Origin: Chlorokybus atmophyticus
Taxonomy: Eukaryota > Plantae > Mesostigma and Chlorokybus algae
Reading direction: 5' to 3'
Length of the DNA: 64,000 nucleotides
NCBI GenBank assembly: GCA_009103225.1
Contig: RHPI01001616.1
Coordinates: 560,731 to 624,730, forward strand
This document shows positions 41,375 through 53,889 of this stretch, one piece after another. The notes under the pieces are model-generated. The model made no database searches, had not been told where the DNA came from, and saw only the letters and a list, made by a program, of their open reading frames with translations. Within the stretch, counting starts at the first letter, position 1. Each line of letters starts with the position of its first letter. The position numbers and the translations under genes are program-made.

Positions 41375-42454
41375 GGGTTGCATCCCCTAACCCAAGAAGC
41401 AACGGAGTATGTGAGAAACGACGACAGTAAGGTTAGCGACAGCAATGCCTGGAACAATAAAGGACAAGTAGCATACCTATAAAGAGCAACCGCTGCTCTC
41501 TCAGCTGCCTACCGCGGCGGGGCAGTTGCCACAACAGTATGAGTCTGCTTGCGTCTTCACATGGTATATTAAGCTCTGGCACGGGCATGCATAAGCAACA
41601 CACCCCGCCCATGCCGAAGCAGAGAAAGCAACTAAGAGAAGCGGGCGACAGCAGCAGCTGCTGCAGCACACAGCTATAGTAGTTGCTTGCTTGCTTCCTT
41701 GCGTCAATTTGCGTAAACAGCTTGATGCAGGCGAGCCAATAGGTGCCTGCTGCAACATGCAAATTCGAAGTCCAATTACCTGCACAAGCCCATCACCACC
41801 CTGAACACAGCGCCCACCAGCCAACCTGAGCTTCTCCGTGGCTACTTTACGAAACAGCGCCCTTGCCTTATACCTTGGTGATAAGTACTGACTCGGATAA
41901 CTGCTGACTGAGTACTGATTGGGACTGCCGAAAACATCAGTTGATAATTTACTTACTACGCTATATAATATGACCTAGCTATTATATTTATCGGAGTTTG
42001 AGATCTTATGGTTTGTGCCAGGTTTTAAAACTCCCAGTCAGACCCGCGGTCTTCAACGCTAATGCTGAAAACCTCTGTTTAGTGCTAGGCTACACCGTAG
42101 GCGTAGGGGCTTTCAGGGGCTAGTGTCAACACGAGTAGTTCTAATGGTATGAAGTCCCAAAGAATGCTGCAGTCAATACTAAAACAGATGTGATCACCAA
42201 TCATAAAACACATGATGCTGCAATATCTTGATATATCGTGTTATGTAACTATGCATTTTGCGATAAAAGTTTTGCCATGATTTATCGAACGACTAATACA
42301 TATATGTATATATACCAACACGGGTAACACCGTTCATAGCACACCAAGTGTGCATGCAACTTATTAACCGAAAATTGAAACGTACATGCCAATGTGTTTA
42401 CATAGTATTGTTGTAAATTATTAACAGTGTATTGATACTAGCACAGGGTGGGCA

Positions 42455-42533
42455 TGCTCCTGGGCCATTATTTCATACACATCGTGGCACACATAATGTG
42501 CCACGATGTGTATGAAATAATGGCCCAGGAGCA
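42455..42533. repeat. Perfect 37-bp inverted repeat, 5-nt loop
   Basis: TGCTCCTGGGCCATTATTTCATACACATCGTGGCACA-CATAA-TGTGCCACGATGTGTATGAAATAATGGCCCAGGAGCA. Confidence 0.95.
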
Positions 42534-43690
42534 ATTGCAACATGTTTATCAACGCAATCGATACATGCGGTTGTTACCAATGACCGCTTATAATTTATCC
42601 GCAATATATGAGACAATATATGGCAATAAAGACATGGATTGTTGGAGAATATAAATGCTATGCACTAGTACAGAGAACTTGTGGCAATATACATTTACAT
42701 AAACAAGATGCAATGCTTTCCCACATAATGCGCGAACCATGCTTACAGTGTGCACACATCATGTGCACCACATATACGTATACGCATATCATATATAACA
42801 TATTCATACGGCACGCGCATGGGGTATTGTGCTGTGGCAATCGCGCGTGTGTGTGTGTGTGGAATGGATGAAAGTCCCATACGAGGAGAGAGTGCGATTA
42901 TCAACCTCTCCAACACCCTCCAACTATAGCCACACTCATGTAGAATCACTATATATGCATGATGCACAAGCCACACACATAACACTTTACCCCATGAGGG
43001 CTGATCGGGAGAGGCCCTAGACAGCTATCACCCAAGCACCCCGGCTGCGTGGCACACAAGTGCCATGCAAGGTGAACGCATGCCATGTAATCCGTGCTTA
43101 AAGCTGCAATTCAACATGTGCATCACTTGCTGCTCCCCGGCGTAGCACATGAGCTCACAAAGCTGTTTAATGAGCTCGATGGCGTAGTAAAAACCTTAGT
43201 ACAAGATGCTAACCTATGACACAACTCTTTCAAACGTGCGCATTATTTGGTTTATTTGTTAGTGATGACTTCATTCAAAAAACAAGATAGTTGTGAGGGA
43301 ATAAAGCGAAGGCTAACCTTGTCCCATTATAAAGCACATCATGTATGCTGATTGTAAAGATATGTAGTCAAGGCCAACCTTGTTCTAATATGAGACATTT
43401 GCCAAATGTACTGTGCTTACTTTACACATGATGACGACGGCCGCAGCAAGTGGTTTAAGCGGCCTCAACAATCGCTTCTCAGCACTGCAGCAACCTGCAG
43501 CCACATTTTGGCATACAAAGTCACCTTGGCTGGGGCAATGTCCTGATGCATTGCATTATTATACATATAGCGACGCAGTACTGCCCAGCAATTCTCCTCC
43601 TGGCTGCCAGCAAGGAGGTAAGGAAGACTACGCGTTGCAAGGCCTTTTAATAATGTTGTGGTCGGGGGAAAGGAGGGGAGGGGGGGGCGG

Positions 43691-44504
43691 NNNNNNNNNN
43701 NNNNNNNNNNNNNNNNNNNNNNNNNNNNNNNNNNNNNNNNNNNNNNNNNNNNNNNNNNNNNNNNNNNNNNNNNNNNNNNNNNNNNNNNNNNNNNNNNNNN
43801 NNNNNNNNNNNNNNNNNNNNNNNNNNNNNNNNNNNNNNNNNNNNNNNNNNNNNNNNNNNNNNNNNNNNNNNNNNNNNNNNNNNNNNNNNNNNNNNNNNNN
43901 NNNNNNNNNNNNNNNNNNNNNNNNNNNNNNNNNNNNNNNNNNNNNNNNNNNNNNNNNNNNNNNNNNNNNNNNNNNNNNNNNNNNNNNNNNNNNNNNNNNN
44001 NNNNNNNNNNNNNNNNNNNNNNNNNNNNNNNNNNNNNNNNNNNNNNNNNNNNNNNNNNNNNNNNNNNNNNNNNNNNNNNNNNNNNNNNNNNNNNNNNNNN
44101 NNNNNNNNNNNNNNNNNNNNNNNNNNNNNNNNNNNNNNNNNNNNNNNNNNNNNNNNNNNNNNNNNNNNNNNNNNNNNNNNNNNNNNNNNNNNNNNNNNNN
44201 NNNNNNNNNNNNNNNNNNNNNNNNNNNNNNNNNNNNNNNNNNNNNNNNNNNNNNNNNNNNNNNNNNNNNNNNNNNNNNNNNNNNNNNNNNNNNNNNNNNN
44301 NNNNNNNNNNNNNNNNNNNNNNNNNNNNNNNNNNNNNNNNNNNNNNNNNNNNNNNNNNNNNNNNNNNNNNNNNNNNNNNNNNNNNNNNNNNNNNNNNNNN
44401 NNNNNNNNNNNNNNNNNNNNNNNNNNNNNNNNNNNNNNNNNNNNNNNNNNNNNNNNNNNNNNNNNNNNNNNNNNNNNNNNNNNNNNNNNNNNNNNNNNNN
44501 NNNN
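43691..44504. other. Assembly gap (N run)
   Basis: Seen directly in the sequence. Confidence 0.99.
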
Positions 44505-45796
44505 GGGGGGGCCCTTTTCCAGAAACTTCGAACACTGCAACTAGCATGATCATGGTCAACATTTGTTGTGTCATTACCACCCACTTATGCAGATCTGTAC
44601 GCTGTGGGAGTGTCAACCATGGTTGACGGGTCGTGTCACGCACTCAGGCATACTTGGCGTGTGGTAGGCAGTGTCCGTGCACACACAAACGCACGCACAC
44701 TTTCACGGATGCTAATGCCACTGTTGCAGGCTAGCAGAAGCGCACATAGATGTCAACAGCTACGCAAGCACACAAACAGACGACACCCGTCTCCACCACA
44801 AACAATCAGACAGGGTTCCTACTGTCTTGAAAATAAAGACAAACAAGAGATGTGCACGCACATGCCCGTGCACACGCACACACACGCACACACGTGGACA
44901 CGTACACATGCGCATGTACACAGCTGCAACTCTCTTCACAAAGCGCACACGCAAACGCGTATGCATGCACAGTGCGTACACGTGTGCGCATATCGTTATG
45001 GGACATATCACCAGGTTGATTCAAGGACACCCCAAGTGGACACATTGAGGACGTGGTTCCGTACATGACTGCGCTTGTGGAGGACGGACAAGCATGGGCG
45101 TGCACGCGTATGCGTGGGGTGAGGTTGTCTAAGTGCATATGCGTGCACACATGTACATGTCAGCACGCTTGCGCATGTGTACGCGCACGTACGAACGTAC
45201 CTGTGCGTGCATACGAGTGCATGCCTGTGGTACTCTGTGCACACGCATGCGCGTGCGTATGTGTGTAAGAGCGTGCCACGGGCGTGTGCATGCATCTGTG
45301 TGTTTGTGCCTGTCTCATACAGTCACTTGCTTGACAACAGAGAGCTCAAAGGCTCGGGCTGACGCTTACCCGCTTGTGGTTGACCTTACCGTACTCCGCG
45401 ACATGAACACCCTCCGCTTAAGTACTACACAACATGCACGCGCACGCACACATGCATCTGCATATGTGTGCAGCTTACGTGCAGACACACCTGATGAGAA
45501 CCAGGGTGCGTGCGTGCGTGCGTATGTGCGCCGGTGAGAAGCGTTTGCAAATACGACAACTATCATGCGTTAGTTGAGGGGTTGCATTGTGATGATGCTT
45601 TTTCTCTCGTTATGTCTGCTGTGCACACACTGTCATACCCTGCTTTGTTGTTATACCTTGCACGAGTTACTCCAATGACAAAAAGTAAGAGCGCCCCTGG
45701 GCCTCATCTCACCCCACAACGCTTTTGTAAGTACAGAGCAACAGTGGGCAGAGACAGCACCAGACAGCAGCCAACGCATGTTGTGTTATGTCATTC

Positions 45797-46260
45797 TCAC
45801 GACACCATAGTTTCTTTGATATGTTGAGCTTCGTATAGTCTACCTTGATCACCCTTACCCTCCCACCTACAGTTGCGCAGAGACTGCTCTTCTTTGAGGT
45901 AAGGTTCATCACGCTCCTGCATGGCCCAAAATAGCTCTCTATTACGTGATACGGCCCCGTGTTTGGCGAATATTTCTCCCAACCAGTTTCTTGGCCTTGA
46001 CATAGTGTGTCTGTGCGCTTCGTCATCATACCCTTCAGCAACCTTCGTATGCCCCTCAGAGGAAATTAGACAACGCACACATGCCTCCGACTAACTCGAA
46101 CTCTAACAAGCTCAGACACGACCTTATCCTGCCTCCTCCGGGTGTATACATGTATATATGTATGTACATATGTATGTCCTCCAGCACACCACTACTCACA
46201 ACCACATATCAAATGCGTATCATCCCCATACACCAAAGGCAGTCAACAACATATGATAGC
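45797..46260 (-). pseudogene. Degenerate class-I SAM-dependent methyltransferase fragment
   Basis: Joining frames gives YGDD-AFD-VVVSSGVLE-(H)IHPEEA-DKVVSELVRV..LISSEGHTKVAEGYDDEAHRHTMSRPRNWLGEIFAKHG, i.e. motif II plus an EHI..ELxRV pattern. It is broken by frameshifts and a TACA-type repeat expansion. Confidence 0.45.
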
Positions 46261-47697
46261 GGTTCCACACTACCTGCACGGTGTTGGAAGGGGAGGAGTG
46301 AGATGAGGTGGGAAGCGACAATGGTAGACGTAAACGTGGGTGGGCGTGCGCGTGGGCATGGGTTGGGGTGGGGGTGTATATGTGTGTGCACCTGTGTGTC
46401 TGTGCGTGCCTGCGCCAATGCTTGCACGTACGCATGCATGTGTGGTGGTGGTGATGGTGTGGGTGGGAGGAGGGGCTTGTTACTGCGACAACGGCGGTTG
46501 ATTGCTGTTGATATGGCGTTAGAGCTTTGTGCCTGTCAGGCGAAGGGTGAAATGAGGCTTCGAGCAGCGCTGCATTGGTGGTACGCAAATAACAGCATGC
46601 TCGTGCAAGGCAAGTGCACAATTGGTTCCATGTGACAGCTCCCTTGCCACCGTACCTATGTGAACCTCAGTGCATGCCAGCTGTGATGGCAGGCTGCTAC
46701 ATGTGGAGCGCGTATGAAATGTGATTGCACTTTAACAGACAAACTGCTTAACCATCTCACCACCTTGCCATCAGATAGTCCACATTTCAACTACCACAAC
46801 AAGTTTTCATTGAAGATCACTAGCCTCTATCGGGTGCCAACAAGGCAACCACATCTGTGATGCACGAGACAATTAGTGTGCACTGTTGCACACTGTTGCC
46901 AAANGACATTCGGCTACAAACGCACAATGACAGTAGTGAAAATGACAAGCATATCTCTTGTGCCAATGTGCGCACCTTGTTAGCCTAGGAGGTGTAGGTT
47001 CACCGGTCTGCGGCCCTAGTAATCATCTGTCGTTGAACGCAGCAATGTGTAACGATGTGTAGAGTAGTCTGATGTCTGGCCTGAGGCGCCGCCGCCTCCT
47101 CCCTTCCTCCCAGAGCTCCAGGACGGCTAGGCAGAGGGCGCTCAGCAGGAAGCTCACAAGCAGGGGGAGAAGAAACACACCGCACTGAGCGGCGGAGTAA
47201 GAGATAGCGCCGCCACTTATGCCGAGGCCTATGAAACCGCCGCCGCCGCCGCCGCCGCCGTCCAGGCCAATGCTCCCAGCGCCATGGCCCACAGCCGTAT
47301 CAGCAGCCACTCTCTCGCCCGTGCTGTAAGAACACTCACACGTCACACATTATTTGCGCGACAACACCATCACTGTACAGTCTACCCTCCATGTACTGAC
47401 CACGGATGTTTTGGGCCGTTTTGTCATTACACAGAGGTGTCATTTCTTCGATGTAGAGACCAGCAGTCACTGGAACGTAAGTATACTATGTAGTGACAGT
47501 TGGTCGTTATAGCGAGGTTTGAGCCAACTGCTGGGTTGTGCTCTATGTAGTGACAACCGGTCACTGCAGCGAGATAAGTTGATGGTGTTGCTTGCAATCA
47601 AGTCATTTCCAAATGCAAACATGCATGAACATAAAGAGCTTTGTATGTGATGCCTCAACTCAAGCTCTCAATTAATACTTAACAACAATACTCCCCT

Positions 47698-49646
47698 CTA
47701 ACCACTAAATGAACAAATGTCCGTTTGCCTCGCGCGTGTTGTGTTGACGTCCGATGCGCGCAACATCTTGGCAATGATGCGCTGCATGACTAGAGCATCA
47801 CGTGGTGTGAATGTGTATGCATGGTCATCAATGATCACTTGTAGACGGCTAGCTATCACACGAGCTTCTTGTAGCGGAACGCACGGTGGGGGAATGTTGT
47901 CAACATCAATGTCGTCGAGATCCTCTTCCTCCATCGTGGTTGAGTCGGGCTCTGTCACCATCTCCACCAGCTCCTCCACACTCAACTCCGCCTCAACTTC
48001 ATCTTCTTCCACCAAGTTGACATACTCTTCCGCCGTCAACTTATCTTCAATGTCGAGGCAATCAATGAGTGCAGCGAACTCGTCGACGTCCTCCTTTTCC
48101 AGGCGTGTTGCGGATCGCTCATCGGCCTGACGAATGTCGGCGTCCCATGATGCTGGAAGAATCCCCGCCTTTCTGCAGCAATTGCGAATGGTTTGTTGCT
48201 CAACCGATTCCCATGCACTCACTGCCCAATACAAGACTTGCTTGATGTTGGCTTTGAGGTTTGAGACTTGGGTGGAGGCCTCCTCACTTTGTGAAAGCAG
48301 CCACTCAACCAGCAACTTCCTGTATCGAACCTTGAGGCACGCGATGATGCCTTGATCTAATGGCTGAATCTTGGAGGTGGTGTTGGGAGGGAGATACACC
48401 AGCGTCACATGTGTAAACCTCGCAACGTTCAGCCCATGAAGCTCTCCTTTCTCTATATGAGCGTCCGGCAAGATGTGACTTGATGCGTTGTCCAGCAGCA
48501 GCACAATGTGCTTCTCCGCCATTGACATGCGTACATTGAGCTTCTTCAACCATTGTAGGAAGAACTTGGTGGTCATCCATGCCGAGGCGTTGTTGTAGTA
48601 GTCCACAAACTTGTGGATTGAAGTGGATTGAAGATGTTGCTAAAGCAGCGTGGTCTTGCATATTTGTGAATGAGGACGATGCGTTCCTTGCATGTGCCAT
48701 CTACATTGACGGCGAAGCCCAGCGTGACGCGCTCTTTGCACTTCTTTCGGCCTCGCACTTGTTCGGTGGCCAATGTGCGGTCTGGTGTTTGTCGTATTTG
48801 CAAACCAGCCTCATCAAACTTGTATGTGGCTTTTCTGGCGTTGCACCAAGCTCGTCCAGGACCAGCGGCAACTTCTCTCGCGCCCTGGCGACCCCTTTTT
48901 CGTCGGCATCAACGGATTCACCTTGGTATTTGAAGCATTTGATGCCATGCCTGACAACACAACATGCTCAGTAGCAAATCTTAATGATACACGAGGTAGC
49001 CACCACTCCAACACATGCCTTACCTTTTCTTGAACTTGTCCAACCAGCCGGAGGACGCCTTAAACGCTGCCTCGTCAATGTGCATCTCATCTCTTATCTT
49101 AATGGCTTGTCCAGTCAGCATGACATCCGAGATGTCCACATTTGCATTACGCTTCTGCAAATGTTGACATAGCACATTCAATTGGCACGTGCATGCAATT
49201 GTATGCATGTGCACGCATGAATACGCTTATGCAATATGCAGTCAGCAACTGGCAGCACAAGAGTAGTGACTGAAAGTGTATGCAAGTGTGTTGAAGTGCA
49301 TGCATGTACACGCATGCATGCAAGTGTGCAATCAGCAAATTGCAGTAAGAGACTATCAAGTACTCACTTGTTGAAATTACAAGAATAATGCTTGCTCTAG
49401 GCGCTCATAGCGTGCACTGCGCTCTGTCATTTTAGCTGCTGCATGCTTGTTTGCCTTGTCAACTCCTAACCATTTCTTTTTGCCTTGAAGGATAACGGAC
49501 AGGGTGTTGCGCTTGATTGCCTTCTTCAACTTGTTGGTGGCCTCCTGTGCCAGCCTGTCGTGAGAGTAGTCTGGATACTTGTCGTGCAACTCACATATTT
49601 GCTTTTTCTCTAGCGCGCTCAGATGCACGCACTTCTGATCTGCCAT
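47698..49646 (-). pseudogene. pogo transposase (CENP-B-type HTH domains + DDE_1), two introns, inactivated
   Basis: Exons 49646-49368, 49154-49024, 48950-47698. Motifs: LSALEKKQIC, RYERLEQALFL*FQQ (W replaced by stop at 49377-79), FKASSGWLDKFKKRHGI, FDEAG, KERVTL, NASAWMT, LLLDNASSH, LPPNTTSKIQPLDQGII (DD44D spacing by my count). Frameshifts near 48830 and 48620 (CTTCAATCCA duplication). Confidence 0.93.
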
Positions 49647-50351
49647 CTGCATAAGCACATACGTGAATGCACTTGCGTGTATAACGGCTTCATGCACGTG
49701 CATGCATGTGTTTGCACGCAGCACAAGACCACACAGTTGTGCAAGCAATGTACATGAACAGCTAAGCAATGATTCGCAAGCATGCAGCAGTGTGCACATG
49801 CTGTGTGCGTCGGCTGCTACATTTAACGATGCACGCAACATGCAGACAACCTGCACAAGGGAAATACACACAATAAACATGATGCGATGTTGGTAAACAT
49901 GCTATTGCAATAGTGCAAACAGTACAAAGTTGTAGTATTACTCATAACCAGTGTTTTTTCCACACTGTGACAAGCTGTACACGTGCAGCAACACATGTAC
50001 GCACATGTCCTGACATCTGCATGCATAACGGCTTGATGCACGTGCATGCATGTGTTTGCACGCAGCACAATTGACCACACATCTGTGCAAGCAATGTACA
50101 TTGATAGCCAAGCAATACTTGGCAAGCATGCCGCAGTGCGCACATGCTGTGTGTGTCGGCTGCTGCAACCAACGACAATGCAAGCAAATTGCAAACAACC
50201 TGCACACTGCACACTGATCAGCAGTGCGATGTTGGTATAAATGTCATTGCAATAGTTGCAAACAATAACAAGTTGTAGTACTCATAACTAGACTTGTTTC
50301 CACATTGTGACAAGCTGCACACGCGTGTCAGGACATGTGCGCACATGTCCT

Positions 50352-50352
<1 letters not shown>

Positions 50353-50404
<52 letters not shown>
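50353..50404. repeat. (CA)n microsatellite inside the pogo element
   Basis: Seen directly in the sequence. Confidence 0.9.
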
Positions 50405-50406
<2 letters not shown>

Positions 50407-50978
50407 TGTATCACTGCCGCCACCTGGATGTGCGGCTAATGTGAGGGGCTGGGGTTGCCACACATGATGACACTCACAACCAATGACGCCGCAGTAGCGC
50501 CGCCACCCTGCCGCCGCTAAAGCGGCCGCCGCCGCCGCTAAAGCGGCCGCCGCCGCCGCGATCGCTCCCGCGGCACTGGCGCCCCTAACTCCTGCTACAA
50601 GCAGCTCTAACCAATGCAATATACATATTACCCTCGCTGTAGTGACGCTCCCTACTGGCGCCACTGGTCATTACAGCGAGTGTGATGGTCATCATAAGGG
50701 TTGAGTTTGCCCGATGTAAATCGGTATGTAAAATAATGGTCACTACTGCGTGGGTGTCATAAGAACGGGGGTGATTACAGCGAGGGTAGACTGTACAGGG
50801 GACCGGAATCGTATAAAGAGTCATGTGTCCACTGCCTGCAATGTCCCATGCTAATAAAGAACGGTGCGCCCTTGCTTGTGTCATCCGCACATGACGTGGC
50901 AAGCAAGATCAAAGAGTGGGCAGAAACATTGTTGCCTTGGGCTATTTTGCTGTCTGTTGCGCTCTGTGCTGCTACGGC

Positions 50979-53306
50979 ATGGCCAGCATGGCGGGCATGG
51001 CGTCGTCGTCCACGGCGGCCTTGCTGGCCCTACCTGCAGCCTTGAGTACCAGTACCGGTTGTGCTCGTCGCAGCATTAGGTCCAGGAGTAGGAATGCACC
51101 TTCGCCGCCCACCACCTCCACCATCACGGTGTGCTCCAGCAGCAGCTCGTCCAGCAGCTCGTCAGCTGCCGGCCGTCGCCAGGCTCTGGCGCTGTTTGCT
51201 GGCGCCGGCGTCGCCGCCGCCACGTGGGGGAGCCATGCCACAGTCGCACTCGCGGACGCAATGTGAGTGCGACTGTGCTTATCTGTTTGCAAACTGGCAG
51301 TGAGAGTGAGCTGCAGAATGCAGTAACAGTCACCTTCACAGGCCTGTTGTGGGTTTGCAAGATTTGACGGAAGAGGCAGTGGAGGAAGCAGGAGGAGGTG
51401 GAGGCAGCGCCGGTCCCACTAAGGTGTGTGTGCTCTGTGCTCTCACGCATGCATTCATGTGTTTACGGGAATGCGCATGATGGACAGACACGCGCAAGCG
51501 ACAGTCAGCGACCAATTCGCTTGTTAAGAAACTACGTCACATATTCTTGCACGTGTGTGTGTGTGTGCGCGTGCGCGCGCGCGCGCGCATGCGCGCTAGT
51601 GCGTGCTCTGGGTTGGACGCGTGCATATGCGCGCGCATGCATGCGCAAAAACACGCGCGCAAAAGTGCATATATCCATGTGCACGCGTCCATCTTGAAGC
51701 ACTGAACATCAACACGTCACCATTCCCGCTCTTCAATCGTTGTCCGCACGTGCCGTTGTGTTTATGTGATGATGGACAGACATGCACTATTACTCAGCAA
51801 CCAAGTCACACTCGTTGATGAAGACAGTGTCAGATGCGCGCGTGCTTCTGGGACCCGTGAGGACTGGGTTCCAAGTCATGCATGAGCACTGCTTTGCAGT
51901 TGATGCGTGCTCTTATCGGCACACATGCACGCGCACGTGTACTCGCAAGCAAACGTGTGCATGTGCGCACCTCAGAGCACCCAACTCTGCACTGCCACCC
52001 ACCCACACTCTCACTCGACTAGAACACGTCACTCAACGTCAGGTCTTTGTCGCCGGCGCCCGCGGCAACCTCGGCGCCCGCGTCGTCAGACAACTCCTCG
52101 CCCGCGGCGTCTCCGTCAGAGCCGGCGTGCGCGACATCGCCAGAGCGAAAGAGACCCTCGGCGAAGACCCGAAACTAGAGGTGAGGGTGAGGATATTGGT
52201 TAATTTGACGATGGTGGTGTGATGGTTGGTCCTGTGTGTAGTATGTTGTGGCGGATGTGACGGAGATGGAGGCGCTGGCGAAGGCGGTGGCGGGCGTGGA
52301 TGCGATCGTGGTGGCGACGGGGGCGAGCGGGGGGAACGTGTTCCAGCAAGCCTACAACGTCGACTGGATGGTGAGACACATCACTTGATTATCAGTATCT
52401 TCTTACTGGTTGTTTGTTCTGCTTATGGTATGTTGTTCTACTTTGTAACCTTCCTCTTGTTGTCGTACTTGTATCGTTGTTGTTGTTTTTATCATTGTCA
52501 GGCCTGTAGCTCTGTCGATCGGCCCCCCCCATTGCACACTTGCACACGCACGTGTACAAGCAACACACAGACCCTCACTCACACCCCACCCCAATGCTCT
52601 AATATCCTTTGTCCCAGGGCACGAAGAACCTGGTCGACGCGGCCAAGGCGTCGGGCGTCCCTCGTCTGGTCCTCTGCACGTCGCTGCTGACGAACGGGGC
52701 GGCGGTCGGGCAAGTGCTGAACCCGTCGTTTATTATACTGAACCTGTTTGGGGGGATACTGGTGAGTGGTTAGTTGTGGGATGTGGGAAGTTCACTGTCG
52801 TTTCGTTACACCACGTGCGTGTGCACACGCACACGCACGCGCACACGCATGCGCACACTCTTTGCTTGTGTGTCAGTTTTGGAAGCGGAAAGCTGAGGAG
52901 TATCTGCTCAGCTCTGGTTTGGACTACACAATCGTGCGGCCAGGCGGCTTGAAAAAGTAAGACATAGCGAGCAACACGCACGCACTTGCAGTTGTGAGCA
53001 TCAGGCATGCTATCTCATCCACATTGACTGTGCTTGTTGTTGTCTCAGCGACCCGCCAGCAGGTGGCATTGTGGCCACGAGTGCCGACAAGACCTTCGGC
53101 GGGAGCATACCACGCGACCAGGTACACACTCCTTCTTCACCACATACACAACACGTGTTTCCGACAACAACACTCCCCTATACCAGGTCGCTCAGGTGAT
53201 GGTGGAGGCGCTGTTCACCCCGGAAGCCAGCAGGAAGATCATCGAGATCGTGGCGACGAACGAAGCGCCGAAAAGGCAGGTGGCGGAGCTGTTCCAGGCG
53301 GTGTAG
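50979..53306 (+). CDS. Plastid NAD(P)-binding Rossmann protein (NAD_binding_10; At2g34460/TIC62-N-like), multi-exon
   Basis: Transit peptide, then VFVAGARGNLGARVV, VRAGVRD, DAIVVATG, VDWM|GTKNLVDAA, TSLLTNGAAVGQVLNPSFIILNLFGGIL, KRKAEEYLLSSGLDYTIVRPGGLK, GSIPRDQVA, KIIEIVA. The spliced frame is consistent. Confidence 0.9.
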
Positions 53307-53889
53307 GTGGTATTGTTGTGTGTGTTTGTGCATACTATTGTACGATATCTTCTCGGTATGAGCGCTGGCAGTGTGTAACAGTACTGGAAGGTGTATCCAA
53401 GGTGTCCACATGCATGACATGGATCGTCCGTAGTTACGCATGCGATAACACCAGCCAACACTTCACGCGCGCATACAAGTGGGAAGAAGGAAACATGACA
53501 TCAGGCATACAGCTTGGGGTTGCTTATCACGTCTGTGAAGGTGGCTGTCATGTGAGTACACACTGTGAGCTTCAGCCTCAGGCTCGCAGTAATATTGTAT
53601 GCATTACACTGGCTGGCTTTGCACTGTGTGCTAGCCAGGAAAAATAGTTTCATCCTTTTCTATAATGTACTGTACCTAAACCCCACCTATAGACTTTCTT
53701 TATGTAGCAAGCGTGTATGCTCTGCACATCTCACCTTGTGTTATTGTACAGCATATATCTACTCAGGAACCCCGCGTACTGTAACCAAGTAACCAAGTAA
53801 TAATAATCATAAGAATGAACCACTCCTCATTGGCGCAGCCGCGTGCACACACCGAGTTGTGGGTACACATGTTGTTGTTGTTCTCTCAT

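Larger units (their letters stand above)
47378..50793 (-). mobile_element. Full-length pogo/Tigger-like (Tc1-mariner superfamily) DNA transposon, 3416 bp
   Basis: TA at 47376-77 and 50794-95. 24-bp TIRs CAGTCTACCCTCCATGTACTGACC / CAGTCTACCCTCGCTGTAATCACC (4 mismatches). Subterminal ACCCTCGCTGTAGTGAC-like repeats. Internal transposase. Confidence 0.92.

Noticed and set aside
43413-44643. Long X-filled ORFs (also 3631-4324)
   Set aside because: Artefacts of N gaps.
44990-45420. Plus-strand exon-like fragments (EDVVPYMTALVEDG, ADAYPLVVDLTVLRD)
   Set aside because: Short, frameshifted and next to a gap; unassignable.
46477-46903. 427-bp identical duplicate as a biological recent duplication
   Set aside because: It ends exactly at a single-N contig join, so an assembly repeat-resolution artefact is at least as likely. 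Kept only as a repeat feature.
49377-49379. In-frame TAA as evidence for a TAA=Gln genetic code
   Set aside because: It replaces an expected Trp in a transposase that also has frameshifts, and TAA/TAG terminate intact genes in this window.
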